Source: Felis catus
Taxonomy: Eukaryota
Direction: 5' to 3'
Length of the DNA stretch: 64,000 bases
Assembly: GCF_018350175.1 (NCBI RefSeq)
Contig: NC_058383.1
Span: 16,370,001 to 16,434,000, forward strand
The translations under genes were made by a program, and so were the position numbers. The notes under the pieces were generated by a model. The model was not told the origin of the DNA and did no database searches. It saw nothing but the letters and a program-made list of their open reading frames with translations. Positions 11,102-24,229 of the stretch are shown here, in pieces (positions within the stretch are counted from its first letter, which is position 1; each line of letters opens with the position of its first letter).

Positions 11102-12869
11102 TTTTTCCTTACACATGTAATATATGTTTCATTTTTTTTTACACATTCTACATGAAACCATAAGTATTCAAAACATGGGAATATACTGAGTAAGATGTGA
11201 GTGACTTTCAATCCCTCTTCTCTATTCGATTTCCCTCTCTGAAATAAATCATTGTCAGTCATTTGGTGTACATCCTTTTCTGTGCATTTATGAACATAGA
11301 TAACCACATCCGTACTTAATATGATGCACACTACACTACGTGCCATTGTTCTCTAGCATCCTTTATTCACTAAATTGTTCCTTGTTTGTTAACTTCAAAA
11401 TAAACTACCTTATTCTATTTTATGGCAGCACAGTATTCCATTGTATGGATCTATCATAATATATTTAAGCATATCCCTAGTGAACATTTAAGCGTACTTT
11501 TTTCTCACAATTACAAATAATATGGAAATAAAACTTTTTACACACTTTTTTACATACTGTGTACCTGTGCAACTATTTCTGCAGGACTGATTCCAGAATG
11601 AAATTTCTGAGCCAGGTGAGCTCATTTAACATTTTGGTAGGTACTGTCACACTGCCATTCAAAGTGTCTTCCTCAATTTTACAACTGGGTCCTTCTTCTG
11701 GGCATTTCCCTCACACCTTTTATCATCAATATTTTTATATTTTTCCATTCTATTTTGTGAAAAATATCTTTGTCTTCATTTGCATTCTAGGGTTACTTAT
11801 GAGGTTAAGCATTAGAAATTTTGTTTTGTTTTGTTTTTTGGTTACCTGTATTCTATAAATTGCCTGTGCATATCCTTTGACCATTTTCCCTTTTTCCTTC
11901 TGTTGTTTTTCTTTCTTTCTTTTTTTTTCTTTCTTTTTTTTTTTTTTTTTTTTTTGCTATTTACAGAGGTTCTTTACATATTATGGACATTAATCCTTTG
12001 TCTCCTACACATGTTGCACATTTTTTCATGTCTCTTGTTTTTAGCCCTTTGTTCTTTCTGAATACAGAAATTTAAATTTTTGACATAATCAAATGAATGA
12101 ATTTTTCCCAGAGGGTTTTGTGTCATGTTTAAACAGTTTGGTATGGCTATAGCACGATGTGCAAGAGTGGATGGCAAAATATTATGCAATATTAAGATCA
12201 TAAAGGGCTTTGAAGGCACTTCTAAGAAACTAGATTATCCTGATGGCAACAAGGAAACGTAAACATTTTCAACAACACAGTGACTTTCAACAAACATTCC
12301 CTCGTTTAATAACTATCTATTGAGCACCGCTAAGTGCCACGATCAATTCTTTCTCTTAGAGAATTATAATTTTTGAACCTTTACATTTTTCACAATTCCA
12401 AATACGTCAAAAGAAATAGATCATTACTGTCAGAGGACATAATTAGGGGGCGTTTGCTCTGCCACATATTAAAACATACTTAACATTAAAACACAGTGCA
12501 AAAACTGTCAGAGCAGTGCAAGAAACTGTCTGGAAACATTTCCGAGTATATACACGCCTGCAGAATGTAATATAAGTGTCATTTCAATTCAGTGGGAAAA
12601 TGATTCAATAGATAATGGCAGGGCAACTGGGAAAAAGGCTCATTTCTATCCAACACCTGACAACAAATTAATATCCAACATAATGTAAGTACAAATGTAA
12701 AAAAGACATTTTAAAAATCCTTTAAAAACATTAGAAAAAAGTAAAGGTTAAGGTTTTAATAATCTTGAGATGGGGAAAAACTTTCCAAAAAATGACACCC
12801 ACCCATGCCCACACCAAATAACAACTGCAGAAGATACCAGAGGAAAATATGTTTGTACTCTTGGGATGG

Positions 12870-13580
12870 GGCGGCCTTTCTATCAAAGAAGGGGCGTGGG
12901 TCTCCGAGAAGGAGGACGGCGCTGCAGAGGTACTCCGAGTTGAACGCGGACTGCGACCGCTACCCGGGCACCCTTGGGCCGCCGCCCGCCCTTCCCCCTC
13001 GCCCGCCTCCGGGCCCGCAGCACGCCGCACTCACCAGCCTCCACAGACAAAGGGCGCTCGGGGAGGCTCCGCCCCCTGACGCCACCGCCGCCGGGCCCGA
13101 CCTAGGCGGGACAGGGTGATGAGGGCCTTACAGCCTGAGCCAATGACGCCCAGCGGCTGGGTCCCTGGAGCTGGACCAGCCGCCGGCTCCAGGCCCGCTC
13201 TAACGGAAGCCTTCCCGCGATGGCGGCCGCGTCGCGCTGGGTGAAGCTCCCCGATACGCATGCGCCAGCGGCGCCCCAGGCAGAGCGCTTCCCACATGCT
13301 GGACTCGGAACTCCCACCCGCTACCCCGGTCGGCTTTCTCCCGGGCAGCGCTCACCCAGGAGGCTCGGACCTCCGCCCCAGGCCTCGCAAAATTTCGCTT
13401 ACCGGGAGTGAAAGTTGGGGTCGGGGTGGGAGTGAAGGTGGGGGGAAGGCCGAGGACCCTCCCATAGTCCCTGCCAATCGGAAACATTGTACTGCCCGGT
13501 TCCCCGGCGCTGTAGCTGCTGCGTCCCAAGGCGACGAGGGAAGCCCTCCCACTCCTCAGTCCCGGCCTACCCCTCCCACC
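12870..13580. promoter_or_regulatory. ZNF713: CpG island promoter of the minus-strand ZNF gene
   Basis: Sharp GC/CpG-rich non-repeat block. GC box 13069-13075, CCAAT 13140 and 13474, ETS CGGAAG 13204-13209, YY1-like GATGGCGGC 13219-13227, NRF1-like ACGCATGCGC 13256-13265. Confidence 0.85.
13035..13200 (-). other. ZNF713: Non-coding exon 1 (5' boundary approximate)
   Basis: Strong donor CTG|gtgagt at 13035/13034 inside the CpG island, on the same strand as the downstream exons. Confidence 0.6.
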
Positions 13581-13931
13581 CTCCTTTTATAATCAATGAT
13601 TGAATTCAATTTTCTGTTTTGTAATATAGGTCTACTGATGAGAAGAATGAAATTCTTTTAACAGGGATAACTTGCTTAATTGGGATTCAAAATGTTCTCC
13701 ATCATCAAAATTGATTGCCATGGTTGATCTCTTAATGCCATTCTATAATATTTAACATATTTCATCTTTGAAAACTTTTCAAGTATGTAGGTACTGTCAA
13801 ATACTAACATTCACAAGGTTATGATTTAAACGGAGCATGTTCATTGCTTGAAGATATTTATGGAATCCCATAATTTTCCTCTCTTTATATTTGCTTTTTA
13901 GCATGCTAAAAAAGGCAGATTAACCACTTCT

Positions 13932-14156
13932 TTTTTTTTTAATTTTTTTTTTAACGTTTATTTATTTTTGGGACAGAGAGAGAGACAGAGCATGAACGGG
14001 GGAGGGGCAGAGAGAGAGGGAGACACAGAATCAGAAACAGGCTCCAGGCTCTGAGCCATCAGCCCAGAGCCCAATGCAGGGCTCGAACTCACGGACCGCG
14101 AGATCGTGACCTGGCTGAAGTCGGACGCTTAACCGACTGCGCCACCCAGGCGCCCC
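13932..14156 (-). mobile_element. Young Can-SINE with 11-bp TSD
   Basis: TSD taaccacttct at 13921-13931 and 14157-14167; CpG-rich body. Confidence 0.96.
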
Positions 14157-14264
14157 TAACCACTTCTGAATGAAGGTTAGGTGGCAGGCTTCTCGACTGC
14201 ACAGTTAAATGGATTGTAAAATACAGAAACTTCCTTTGCACTTGCATGGAGGATTTTTAAAATT

Positions 14265-14792
14265 AAATTCTAATTCCAGTCTAGTTAATATACCATGCTA
14301 TATTAGTTTCAGGTGTACAATATAGTGATTCAGTAGTTCTATATATTACTCAGTGCTCATCAGGATAACTGTATTTTTGTCCCCTTCACCTATTTTACTC
14401 ATCCCACACCCACCTCCTTTCTGGTAACTATCAGTTCTGTATAATTAAGAGTCTGTTTCTTGGTTAGTCATTTTTTTTTCTCCCTGTGCTGTTTGTTTCT
14501 TAAATATCAAGTATGAGTGAAACCATATGGCATTTGTCTTTCTTCGAATTGACATATTTTTCTCACTAGCTCCATCCATGTTGTTGTAAATGACAAGATT
14601 TCGTTGTTATATCTCAGTAATAGTCCATTGTACATATATACAAGTATATATATACTTTGGCTGTTTCCATAACTTGGTTACTGTAGATAATGCTGCTGTA
14701 AACATAGGGGTGCAGGTCTCCATTTGAATTAGTGTTTTTGTATTATTTGGGTCAATACTGCAATTGCTAAATCATAGGGTAGTTCTATTTTT
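14265..14792 (-). mobile_element. Older carnivore L1 3' end
   Basis: Reverse L1 3'UTR (tattagtttcaggtgtacaatatagtgattc), breaking at gtagttctattttt. Confidence 0.85.
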
Positions 14793-17700
14793 TTCCTATT
14801 TATTTTTATTTTTATTCATTTATTTATTTTATATTAAATATAATTAATTGTAAGATTGGTTTCCATACAACACCCAGTGCTCATCCCAACAGGTGCCCTC
14901 CTCAATGCCCATCACCCACTTTCCCCTCCCCTCCACCCATCATCAACCCTCAGTTTGTTCTCCGTATTTAAGAGTCTCTTATGGTTTGCCTCCTTCCCTC
15001 TCTGTAACTTTTTTCCCCCCTTCCCCTCCCCCGTGGTCTTCTGTTGAGTTTCTCAGGATCCACATAAGAGTGAAAACATATGGTATCTGTCTTTCTCTGT
15101 ATGACTTAATTCACTTAGCATAACACTCTCCAGTTCCATTCACGTTGCCACAAATGGCCAGATTTCATTCTTTCTCATTGCCACATAGTATTCCATTGAA
15201 TATATAAACCACATCTTCTTTATCTGTTCATCAGGTGATGGACATTTAGGCTCTTTCCATAATTTGGCTATTGTTGAAAGTGCTGCTATAAACATTGGGG
15301 TACAAGTGACCCTATGCATCAGTACTCCTGTATCCCTTGGGTAAATTCCTAGCAGTGCTATTGCTGGGTCATAGGGTAGGTCCATTTTTAATTTTTTGAG
15401 GAACCTCCACACTGTTTTCCAGAATGGCTGCACCAGTTTGCATTCCCACTAACAGTGCGAGAGGGTGCCCATTTTTCCACAACCTTGCCAGCATCTATAG
15501 TCTCCTGATTTGTTCATTTTAGTCACCCTGACTGGTGTGAGGTGGTACTGAGTGTGGTTTTGATTTGTATTTCCCTGATGAGGAGTGACATTGAGCATCT
15601 TTTCACGTGTCTGTTGGCCATCTGGATGTCTTCTTTAGAGAAGTGTCTATTCATGTTTTCTGCCCATTTCTTCACTGGATTATTTGTTTTTTGGGTGTGG
15701 AGTTTGGTGAGTTCTTTATAGATTTTGGATGCTAGCCCTTTGTCCGATGTCATTGCAAATATCTTTCCCCGTTCCATTGGTTGCCGTTTAGTTTTGTTGA
15801 TTGTTTCCTTTGCAGTGCAGAAGCTTTTTATCTTCATGAGGTCCCAATAGTTCATTTTTGCTTTTAATTACCTTGCCTTTGGAGATGTGTCAAGTAAGAA
15901 ATTGCTGTGGCTGAGGTCAAAGAGGTTTTTTCCTGCTTTCTCCTCTAGGGTTTTGATGGTTTCCTATCTCACATTCAGGTCCTTCATCCATTTTGAGTTT
16001 ATTTTTGTGTATGGTGTAAGAAAGTGGTCTAGTTTCATTCTTCTGCACGTTGCTGTCCAGTTCTCCCAGCACTAATTGCTAAAGAGACTGATTTTTTCCC
16101 ACTAGATACCCTTTCTTGCCTTGTCAAAGATTAATTGGCCATACGTTTGTGGGTCCACTTCTGGAGTCTCTATTCTATTCCATTGGTCTATGTGTCTTTG
16201 TGCCAATACCATACTGTCTTGATGATTACAGCTTTGTAGTAGAAGCTAAAGTCTGGGATTGTGATGCCTCCGCTTTGGTCTTCTTCTCCAATATTACTTT
16301 GACTTTTGGGGTCTTTTGTGGTTCCATATAAATTTTACGATTGCTTATTCTAGTTTCGAGAAGAATGCTGATGCAATTTTGATTGGGATTGCATTGAATG
16401 TGTAGATAGCTTTGGGTAGTATTGACATTTTAACAATATTTTTTCTTCCAATCCAAGAGCACAGAATGTTTTTCCATTTTTTTTTGTATCTTCTTCAATT
16501 TCCTTTATAAACTTTCTATAGTTTTCAGCATACAGATCTTTTACATCTTTGGTTAGATTTATTCCTAGGTATTTTATGACACTTGGTGCAATTGTGAATG
16601 GGATCAGTTTCTTTATTTCTATTTCTGTTGCTTCATTATTGGTGTATAAAAATGCAACCGATTTCTGTACATTGATTTTGTGCCCTGAAATTTTGGTGAA
16701 TTCATGTATCAGTTCCAGCAGACTTTTGGTGGAGTCTTTGGGTTTTCCATGTAGAGTATCATGTCATCTGTGAATAGTGAAAGTTTGACCACATCTTTGC
16801 CAATTTTGATGTCTTTGATTTCCTTTTGTTGTCTGATTGCTGATGCTAGGACTTCCAATATTATGTTAAACAAGAGTGGTCAGAGTGGACATCCCTGTCG
16901 TGTTTCTGATCTCAGGGGGAATGCTCTCAGTTTTTCTCCATTGAGGATGATATTAGCTGTGGGCTTTCATAAATGGCTTTTTATGATGGTTAAGTATGTT
17001 CCTTCTATCCCAACTTTCTCGAGGGTTTTTATTAAGAAAGGATGCTATATTTTGTCAAATGCTTTTTCTGCATCGATAGACAGGATCATATGGTTCTTAT
17101 CTTTTCTTTTAATAATGTGATGTATCACATTGATTCATTTGCGAATATTGAACCAGCCCTGCAGCCCAGGAGTGAATCCCACTTGATCATGGTGAATAAT
17201 TCTTTTCATATGCTGTTGAGTTCGATTTGCTGGTATCTTGTTGAGAATTTTTGCATCCATATTCATCAGGGATATTGGCCTGTAGTTCTCTTTTTTTTTC
17301 TGGGTCTCTGGTTTGGGAAGGAAAGTAATGCTGGCTTCATAGAATAAGTCTGGAAGTTTTCCTTCCCTTTCTATTTTTTGGAACAGCTTGAGAAGGATAG
17401 GTATTATCTGTGCTTTAAATGTCTGGTAGAATTCCCCAGAAAAGCCATATGGTCCAGGGCTCATATTTGTTGGGAGATTTTTGATAACTGATTCAATTTC
17501 TTTACTAGTTATGGGTCTGTTCAAATTTCTATTTCTTTCCGTTTGAGTTTTGGTAGTGTGTGGGAGTTTAGAATTCGTCCATTTCTTCCGGGTTGTCTTT
17601 TTGTTGGCATACAAGTTTTCATAGTATTCCCTGATAATTGCTTGTAATTCTGAGGGATTGGTTGTAATAATTACATTTTCATTCGTGATTTTATCTACCT

Positions 17701-19934
17701 GGGTCCTCTCTCTTTTCTTTTTGAGAAGCCTGGCTAGGGGTTTATCAATTTTGTTTATTTTTTCAAAAAACCAACTCGTGGTTTCATTGATCTGTTCTAC
17801 GGGTTTTTTTAGATTCTATATTGTTTATTTCTGCTCTGATTTTATTATGTCTCTTCTTCTGCTGGGTTTGGGTGTCTTTGCTGTTCTGCTTCCAGTTCCT
17901 TTAGGTGTGCTGTTAGATTTTGTATTGGGGATTTTTCTTGTTTTTTGAGATAGGCCTGGATTGCAATGTATTTTCCTCTCAGGACTGCCTCTGCTGCATC
18001 CCAAAGCGTTTGGATTGTTGTATTTTCATTTTCATTTGTTTCCATATATTTTAAATTTCTTCTCTAATTGCCTTGTTGACCCACTCATTCTTTAGTAAGG
18101 TGTTCTTTAACCTCCATGCTTTTGGAGGTTTTCCAGACTTTTTCCTATGGTTGATTTCAAGCTTCATCGCAGTGTGGTCTGAAAGTGTGCATGGTATGAT
18201 CTCAATTCTTATACTTATGAAGGGCTGTTTTGTGACCCAGTATGTGATCTATCTTGGAGAATGTTCCATGTGCACTCGAGAAGAAAGTATATTGTGTTGC
18301 TTTGGGATGCAGAGTTCTAAATATATCTGTCAAGTCCATCTGATCCAATGTATCATTCAGGACCCTTGTTTCCTGACTAATCCTGTGTCTAGATGCTCTA
18401 TCCATTGTTGTAAGTGGAGTATTAAAGTCACTGCAATTACCACATTCTTATCAATAAGGTTGCTTATGTTTGTGAGGAATTGTTTTATATATTTGTGGGC
18501 TCCCGTATTCGGCATTTAGACATTTATAATTGTTAGCTCTTCCTTATGGATAGACCCTGTAATTATTATATATTTCCCTCCTTAATCTCTTGTTATAGCC
18601 TTTAATTTAAAGTCTAGTTTGTCTGATATAAGTATGGCCACTCCAGCTTTCTTTTGACTTCCAGTAGCATGATAGATAGTTCTCCATCCCCTCACTTTCA
18701 ATCTGAAGGTGTCCTCACGTCTAAAATGTGTCTCTTGTAGACAGCAAATAGATGGGTCTTGTTTTTTTTTTTATCCATTCTGATACCCTATGTCTTTTGA
18801 TTGGAGTATTTAGTCCATTTACATTCTGTGTTATTATAGAAAGATATGGGTTTAGAGTCATTGTGATGTCTGTAGGTTTCATGCTTGTAGTGGTGTCTCT
18901 GGTACTTTGTGGTCCTTGCAACATTGCACTCACAGAGTCCCCCTTAGGATCTCTTGTAGGGCTGGTTTAGTGGTGATGAATTCCTTCAGTGTTTGTTTGG
19001 GAAAATGTTTATCTCTCCTTGTATTCTGAATGACAGGCTTCCCCTATAAAGGATTTTTGGCTGCATATTTTTTCTGTTCATCACATTGAAGATTTCCTGA
19101 CATTCCTTTCTGGCCTGCAAGTTTCAGTAGATAGGTCTGCCACTAGTGTTATGGGTTTCCCCTTGTAAGTTAGAGCGTGTTTAACCCTAGCTGCTTTCAG
19201 AATTTTCTCTTTATCCTTGTATTTTGCCAGTTTCACTATGGTATGTCATGCAGAAGATCTATTCAAGTTACATCTGAAGGGAGTGCTCTGTGCCTCTTGG
19301 ATTTCAATGCCTTTTTCCTTCCCCAGATCAGGGAAGTTCTCAACTATGATTTGTTCAGGTACACCTTCAGCCCCTTTCTCCCACTCTTCCTCTTCTGGAA
19401 TTCGTATTATACGGATATTTTTCCATTTGATTGCATCACTTGGTTCTCTAATTCTCTGGATTTTTTAATCTCTCTTTTTCTCAGTTTCCTCTTTTTCCAT
19501 AATTTTATCTTCTAATTCACCTATTCTCTCCTCTGCCTCTTCAATACGTGCTATGGCCACCTCCATTTTATTTTGCATCTCATTTATAGCATTTTTAGCT
19601 CCTCCTGACTATCTCTTAGTCCCTTGATCTCTATAGCAATAGATTCTCTGCTGTCCTCTATACTTTTTCAAGCCCAGCGATTAATTTTATGACTATTATT
19701 CTAAATTCTTGTTCCATTATATTGCTTAAATCCTTTTTGATCAATTCATTAGCTGTCGCTACTTCCTGGTATGTCTTTTGAGGAGAGTGCTTCCATTTCA
19801 TCATTTTGGGTAGTCCCTGGGGTGATGCCGAACTGCAGGCACTTCCCCTGTGCTGTCTGGAGTAACTTACGTTGGTGGGCGGGGCCACATTCAGGCCCAA
19901 TATCTGCCCCCAGCCCACTGCTGGGACCACAGTG
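14793..19934 (-). mobile_element. Near full-length felid L1 (ORF1 and ORF2 disrupted, truncated in 5'UTR)
   Basis: Collinear ORF2 fragments ([35 protein letters not shown]) and ORF1 fragments in the ORF track; many stops and frameshifts. Confidence 0.95.
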
Positions 19935-22900
19935 TAGCTAACAGGTTTATAAGTTCGGTTATATTTAAAGAACCAGCTCCTGGTTTCATCGATCTTTTCT
20001 TTGAAAATAAATTTATATCTATTTCTACTCTAATCCTTCTTTCTACTGTTTTTAGGTTTTCCTTGTTCTTTTTCTAGCTCCCTCAGGTGTAAAGTTAGGT
20101 TGTTCATTTGAAATTTTTCATGTTTCCTGAGGTAGGCCTGTATTACTATAAATTTTCCTTCGAGAACCACTTTTTGCTGGCACCCAAAGATTTTGCACCA
20201 TTGTATTTTCATTTTAATCTGTCTCTATGTATTTTTTTTTTTTACTTTCCTTTTGATTTCTTGGTTTACCCATTCATTGCTTAGTAGCATGTTTTTCTTT
20301 TTCAAGTTATATATTTATTTTGAGAGTGGGGAAAGACAAAGAGGGAGGGAGAGAGAGAATCCCAAGCAGGCTCCATGATGTCAGCACAGAGCCCAAAATG
20401 GGACTTGATCTCACTAACCGTGAAATCATGAGCTGAGGCTAAATCAATAATCAGACACTTAACTTACTTGGGTACCCAGGTACCTCCTAATAGCATGTTT
20501 TTAATCTCCATGTATTTGTGGTCTTCTCAGATTTTGTCCTGTGGTTGACTTCTTGTTTCATAGTGTTGTGATGAGAAAAGATACATGGTGACTGTGATCT
20601 GTTTGAATTTGTTAAGACTTGCTTTGTGGCCTAATACGTGATCTATTCTGGAGAATGTTCCCTGTGTACTTGAAAAGAATGTGTATTCTGCTGTTTTAGG
20701 TGAAATGTTCTGAATATATCTGTTAAATCAATATGGTTGAATCTGTCATTCACAACCGCTACTTCATTTTAGATTTTCTGTTTGGATGATCTGTCCATTG
20801 ATGTACGTGGGGTATTAAAATTCCTTATTATTATTGTATTGATTAATTCCTTTATGTTTGTTATTAACTATTTTATGTATTTGGCTGTTCCCATATTTAT
20901 GTACATGAATATTTTCAATTGTTTTATCTTCTTGTTGTTTTGTCTGTGTTATGATTATATAGTGTCCTTTTTTGTCTCTTGTTGCAGTCTTTGTTTAAAG
21001 TCCACTTTATCTGATGTAAGTATTGCTAGAACAGCTTTCTTTTCATATCCATTGCATGATAATGTTTCTCCATCTCCTCACTTTCAATATGCATGTGTCT
21101 TTAGGTCTGAAACAAGTTTGTTTTAGGCAGCATATAAATGTGTCTTTTTTAAAAAATCCATTCTGTCACCCTATGTCTTTGTCTTTATTTTATTCTATTT
21201 TATTTAAACATTTATTTTTTTTGAGAGAGTGAGAGGCAGCGAGAGAGGGAGAGAGAGAGAGTCCCAAGCAGGCCCTGTGCTGTCAGCACAGAGTCTGATG
21301 TAGGGCTCAAACTCACAAAGTGTGAGATCATGACCTGAGCCAAAATCAAGAGGCAGACACTTAGCTGGTTGAGCCACCCAGGTGTCCCTGTCTTTGTTTT
21401 TAATGTTTATTTACTTACTTTGGGAAAGAGAGAATACACATGCATGTGCATGCTTACAAGTGGGAGAGGGGAGGCTTGATCATGGGGTAGTTCTATTTTT
21501 AGTTTTTAAAGGAACGTCCATACTGTTCTCCAGAGTGGCTGCACCAGTATGCATTCTCACCAGCAGTACAAGAGGGTTCCCCTTTCTCCACATCCTCATC
21601 AACATCTATTTTTTCCTGAGTTGTTACTTTTAGCCATTCTTACAGCTGTGAGGTAGTATCTCATTGTGGTTTTGATTTGTATTTCCCTGATGATGAATGA
21701 TGTTGAGTATCTTTTCATGTGTTTGTTCATCATCTGGATGTCTTTCTTGGAAAAGTGTCTATTCATTTCTTCTGCCCATTTCTTAACAGGAGTATTTGTT
21801 TCTTGAGTGTTGAGTTTGAGAAGTTCTTAATAGATTTTGGATACTAACCCTTTTTTCAGGTATGTCATTTGCAAATATCTTCTCCAATCCTGTAGGCTGC
21901 CTTTTGTGTGTGTGTGTGTGATTGTTTCCTTCACTGTGCAGAAGACTTTTATCTTGATGAAGTCCCAATAGTTCACATTTATTTTCATTTCCCTTGCCTT
22001 TGGCGACATGTGTATTAAGAAGTTGCTCTGGCTGCAGTCAAAGAGGTTACTGCCTGTGTTCTCCTCTAGGATTTTGATGGTTTCCTGTCTCAAATTTAGA
22101 ATTTAGAATTTATTTTTGTGCATGGTGTAAGAAAGAAAGTGGTCCAATTTCATTTTTCTGCATGTTGCTGTCCAGCTTTCCCAACACCACTTGTTGAAGT
22201 GACTGTCTTTTATACATTGCATATTCTTTGCTGTTTTGTCAAACATTAATTGACTATTTAGTTGTGGGTCCATTTTCTATTCTATTCTATCTGTTCTGTT
22301 TTTTTTTTTAATGTTGATATCATTGATTTCTGCTCTAATTTTTCTTATTTCCCTTCTTCTGCTGTTTTTGGGCTTTAGTTGCTGTTGTTTTTCCAGCCCT
22401 TTTGGTGTATGGTTAGGTTGTGTATTTGAGGCCTTTCTTCCTTCTTTAGGAAGGCCTGGATTGCTATATACTTCCCTCTTATGACTGCCTTTGCTACATC
22501 CCAGAGGTTTTGGAGTGTTGTGTATTCAATTTTCATTGGCTTCCATGTACTTTTTACTTTCCTCTTTAATTTTTTGGTTAACCCATTCATTACTTAGTAG
22601 GTTGCTCTTTAATTTCCAAGTACTCATGGTATTTCCAACTTTTTTCTTGTGGTTACTTCAAGATTCATAGTGTTGTGGTCTGAAAATATGCACGGTGTGA
22701 TCTTGATCTTTTTGTACTTGTTGAGCGTTGATTTGTGACCCATATATGATCTAATCTGTAGAATGTAACATGTTCCTTCTTGACAAAAATGTGTATTCTG
22801 CTGCTTTAGGATGAAATACTCTGAATTTATCTGTTAAGTCCATCTGGTCCAGTTTGTCATTCATTGTTTCCTTGTTGATTTTCTGCTTAGATGATCTGTC

Positions 22901-23130
22901 CATTGTTGTAAGTGGGATGTTAACATCCCCTACTATGATGGTATTATCAATGAATTTCTTTATTTTTGTGATTAATTGATTTGTATATTTGGGTTTCTAC
23001 CATGTTGGGACATAAATGTTTACAGTTGGTAGATCTTGTTTTCCCCCTTTTTTCTATTGTTAGATCTTCTTGATAGATGCCTTAATTATGATATAATGCC
23101 TTTCTTGATCTCTTGTGACAGTCTTTGATT
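19935..23130 (-). mobile_element. Mosaic of older L1 ORF2 fragments with embedded Can-SINEs (~20300-20487, 21187-21388, partial 21400-21473)
   Basis: L1 endonuclease-region and ORF2 3' fragments out of order. SINE TSDs tagcatgttttt and tgtctttgt. Confidence 0.8.
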
Positions 23131-23139
23131 TATTGATTG

Positions 23140-23755
23140 ATTTATTTTTAAATTTTAATAATTTATTGTGAAGTTAGCTTACATATAGTGAATAAAGTGT
23201 AGTGTTGGCTTCAGGAGTAGATTTCTGTGATCCATCCCTTTAATAAAACCCAGTACTCATCCCAACGAGTGCCCTCCTCAATGCCCATCTCCCATTTCCC
23301 TTGCCCTCCAATTCCCCCACCACCATCTGTCCTGAGTTTGTTCTCTCTATGTAAGAGTCTCTTATGGTTTGCCTCCCTCTTTGTTCATAACTTAGTTTTC
23401 CTTCCCTTCCCCTATGGTCTTCCTTTAAGTTTCTCAAATTCCACATATAAGTGATATTATATAATATCTGTCATTCTCTGACTGACTTCTTTGCTTAGTA
23501 TGATACCATCCAGTTTCACCCACAATGTTGCAAGTGGCAAGATTTCATTCTTTTTTCATTCTATTGTATATTTATACATATACCACATCTTCTTCATCCA
23601 TTCATCAGTTGATGGACATTTGGGCTCTTTCCATATTTTGCCTATTGTTGATAGCGTTGCTGTAAATGTTAGGGTACAATGTGCTCCTATGAATCAGTAT
23701 TCCTGTATCCTATGGGTAAATTCCCAGTACTGCTATTGCTGGATTATACGGTTAT
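23140..23755 (-). mobile_element. L1 3' end fragment
   Basis: Reverse L1 3'UTR and ORF2 end (MWNLRNLKEDHRGREGK). Confidence 0.85.
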
Positions 23756-24138
23756 TTTTAAAAACTTTATTTATTGTTTAATTTACATCCAAATTAGTTA
23801 GCATATGGTGCAACAATAATTTCAGGAGTAGATTCCTGAATACCCCTTACCCATTTAGACCATTCCCCCCTACTACAACCCCTCCAGTAACCCTCGGTTT
23901 GTTCTCCATATTTAAGAGTCTCTTATGTTTTGTCCCCCTCCCTGTTTTTATATTATTTTTGCTTCCCTTCCCTTATGTTCATCTGTTTTGTATCTTAAAG
24001 TCCTCATATGAATTAAGTCATATGATACTGGTCTTTCTCTGACTGACTAATTTCATTTAGCATAATACCCTCCAGTTCCATCCACGTAGTTGCAAATGGT
24101 AAGATTTCATTCTTTTTGATTGCCAAGTAATACTCCAT

Positions 24139-24183
24139 TGTGTGTGTGTGTGTGTGTGCGTGCGTGTGTGTGTGTATACATGT

Positions 24184-24226
<43 letters not shown>
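24139..24226. repeat. Compound (TG)n/(TA)n microsatellite
   Basis: Read directly from the sequence. Confidence 0.95.

Positions 24227-24229
<3 letters not shown>

Noticed and set aside
12731..13592. Many overlapping 60-110 aa ORFs
   Set aside because: Expected from stop-poor CpG island sequence; no recognisable protein.
14766..21500. 27-bp near-repeat at 14766 and 21474 as a TSD around one composite insertion
   Set aside because: Too long and diverged, and the 21474 junction follows a truncated SINE; better explained as homologous L1 sequence.
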